Shown here: positions 26,700 to 27,907 of the stretch, in pieces
Layout: each line of letters starts with the position of its first letter
Numbering within the stretch: position 1 is the stretch's first letter
Assembly (NCBI GenBank): GCA_016933355.1
Contig: JAFGBC010000211.1
Coordinates: 1-27,907, forward strand
Reading direction: 5' to 3'
DNA length: 27,907 nt
Source of the DNA: Candidatus Aminicenantes bacterium
Lineage (GTDB): Bacteria; Acidobacteriota; Aminicenantia; Aminicenantales; JAFGBC01
The notes under the pieces: generated by a model
Database searches by the model: none
Told to the model about the DNA's origin: nothing
Seen by the model: the letters and a program-made list of their open reading frames with translations, nothing else
Translations under genes and position numbers: made by a program

Positions 26700-27907
26700 C
26701 AGCATCCGTAACATCTTCAGCATTCCCGACCTCCGCAAGCGGGTCCTGTTCACCCTCGCCCTGCTGGCCGTCTACCGGCTCGGCGCCCAGATCCCCAACC
26801 CGGGCATCAGCGCGACGGCCCTGGCCGAGTTCTGGGAGGCCCAGAAGGGGACCATCCTCGGGTTCGTCGACCTGTTCTCGGGACGGAACTTCTCCCAAAT
26901 GACGATCTTCGCGCTGGGGATCATGCCCTACATCAGCTCCTCGATTATCCTCCAGCTCCTCCAGGTCGTCTGGCCCTACCTCGAGCGGCTATCCAAAGAG
27001 GGCGAGATGGGCCGGAAGAAGATCACCCAGTACACCCGGTACGGGACGCTGGTCATCTGCCTGATCCAGGGCGCCGGCATCTCCCTCCTGCTCGAGAGCC
27101 TCAAGTCGCCGGGCGGCGCGTCGATCGTGCCCCACCCCGGCCTGGGCTTCAAGGCGCTGACGGTCCTGACCCTGACGACGGGGACCGTTTTCGTGATGTG
27201 GCTGGGCGAGCAGATCTCGGAGCGGGGAATCGGGAACGGGATTTCCCTGATCATCTTCGCCGGGATCGTCGTCGACCTGCCCCGCGGCCTCCAGAGCTTG
27301 CTGAGCGGGCTGCGCTCGGGGACGATGGACCCCCTCCGTCTCATCTTCCTCGTCGCTCTGATGCTGGTCGTGATCGCCTTCATCGTCTTCGTCGAACGCG
27401 GCCAGCGCCGCATCCCGGTTTCCTACGCCAAGCGCGTCGTCGGCCGCAAGATCTACGGCGGCCAGAGCACCCACCTTCCGCTCCGGGTCAACACGGGCGG
27501 CGTCATCCCGATCATCTTCGCGGCCTCGGTCATCACCATCCCTTCGACGATGGCCTCGATGATCAAGGCCCCCTTCTTCCAGGCCTTCTCCCGCCAATTC
27601 GGGATGGGGATGCCCCTCTACAACCTCCTTTACGTCGCGGCCATCATCTTCTTTACCTATTTCTACATCTCGATTATCTTCAACCCGGTCGACGTCGCGG
27701 ACAACCTCCGCAAGTACGGCGGGTTCATACCGGGCATCCGGCCCGGACGCCGCACGCAGGATTACATCAACCGTATCGTAAACCGTATCACGCTGGTCGG
27801 TGCGCTGTTCCTGGGGGCGGTGGCGATCCTGCCGGGCGTGATGCAGGTGATCCAGAGCGCGGTGTTGGGCCAGGCTGCCGTCAGCCGCAACCCGGCCCTG
27901 GTGATCA
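26692..27907 (+). CDS. secY: Preprotein translocase subunit SecY (3'-truncated by window end)
   Basis: Manual translation from ATG 26692 stays open to the end: [22 protein letters not shown]...IFALGIMPYISSSII...WLGEQISERGIGNGISLIIFAGIV...GGVIPIIFA...GGFIPGIRPG. It is not in the ORF track because no stop codon is in the window. Confidence 0.98.
   Translation, partial: MLDSIRNIFSIPDLRKRVLFTLALLAVYRLGAQIPNPGISATALAEFWEAQKGTILGFVDLFSGRNFSQMTIFALGIMPYISSSIILQLLQVVWPYLERLSKEGEMGRKKITQYTRYGTLVICLIQGAGISLLLESLKSPGGASIVPHPGLGFKALTVLTLTTGTVFVMWLGEQISERGIGNGISLIIFAGIVVDLPRGLQSLLSGLRSGTMDPLRLIFLVALMLVVIAFIVFVERGQRRIPVSYAKRVVGRKIYGGQSTHLPLRVNTGGVIPIIFAASVITIPSTMASMIKAPFFQAFSRQFGMGMPLYNLLYVAAIIFFTYFYISIIFNPVDVADNLRKYGGFIPGIRPGRRTQDYINRIVNRITLVGALFLGAVAILPGVMQVIQSAVLGQAAVSRNPALVI

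Overview
A high-GC, entirely plus-strand housekeeping window holding the classic translation/transcription supercluster. In order: the 3' end of a probable membrane-anchored (anti-sigma-like) gene, a Spy/CpxP-like periplasmic protein, a sigma70 promoter, tRNA-Thr/Tyr/Gly/Thr, rpmG, tRNA-Trp, secE, nusG, rplKAJL, rpoBC, a second sigma70 promoter, rpsL-rpsG-fusA-tuf, the full S10 and spc blocks, and a 3'-truncated secY. RpoB insertions resemble those I recall from Acidobacteriota (possibly Aminicenantia); this is inference and was not searched. I see no mobile element, CRISPR array, intein or novel accessory gene system. The interesting signals lie inside the core genes and spacers. They are an str-operon EF-G with degenerate domain IV translocation loops, an EF-Tu with a rebuilt switch I, an 8-Cys insertion in RpoB, and a motif shared by the spacers of both promoters. 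There is also no room for the usual L1/L10 autoregulatory leaders, S8 is Cys-rich, and an abrupt codon-usage change in the last ~180 nt of secY suggests a chimeric end. The many long minus-strand ORFs in the track are treated as shadow ORFs.
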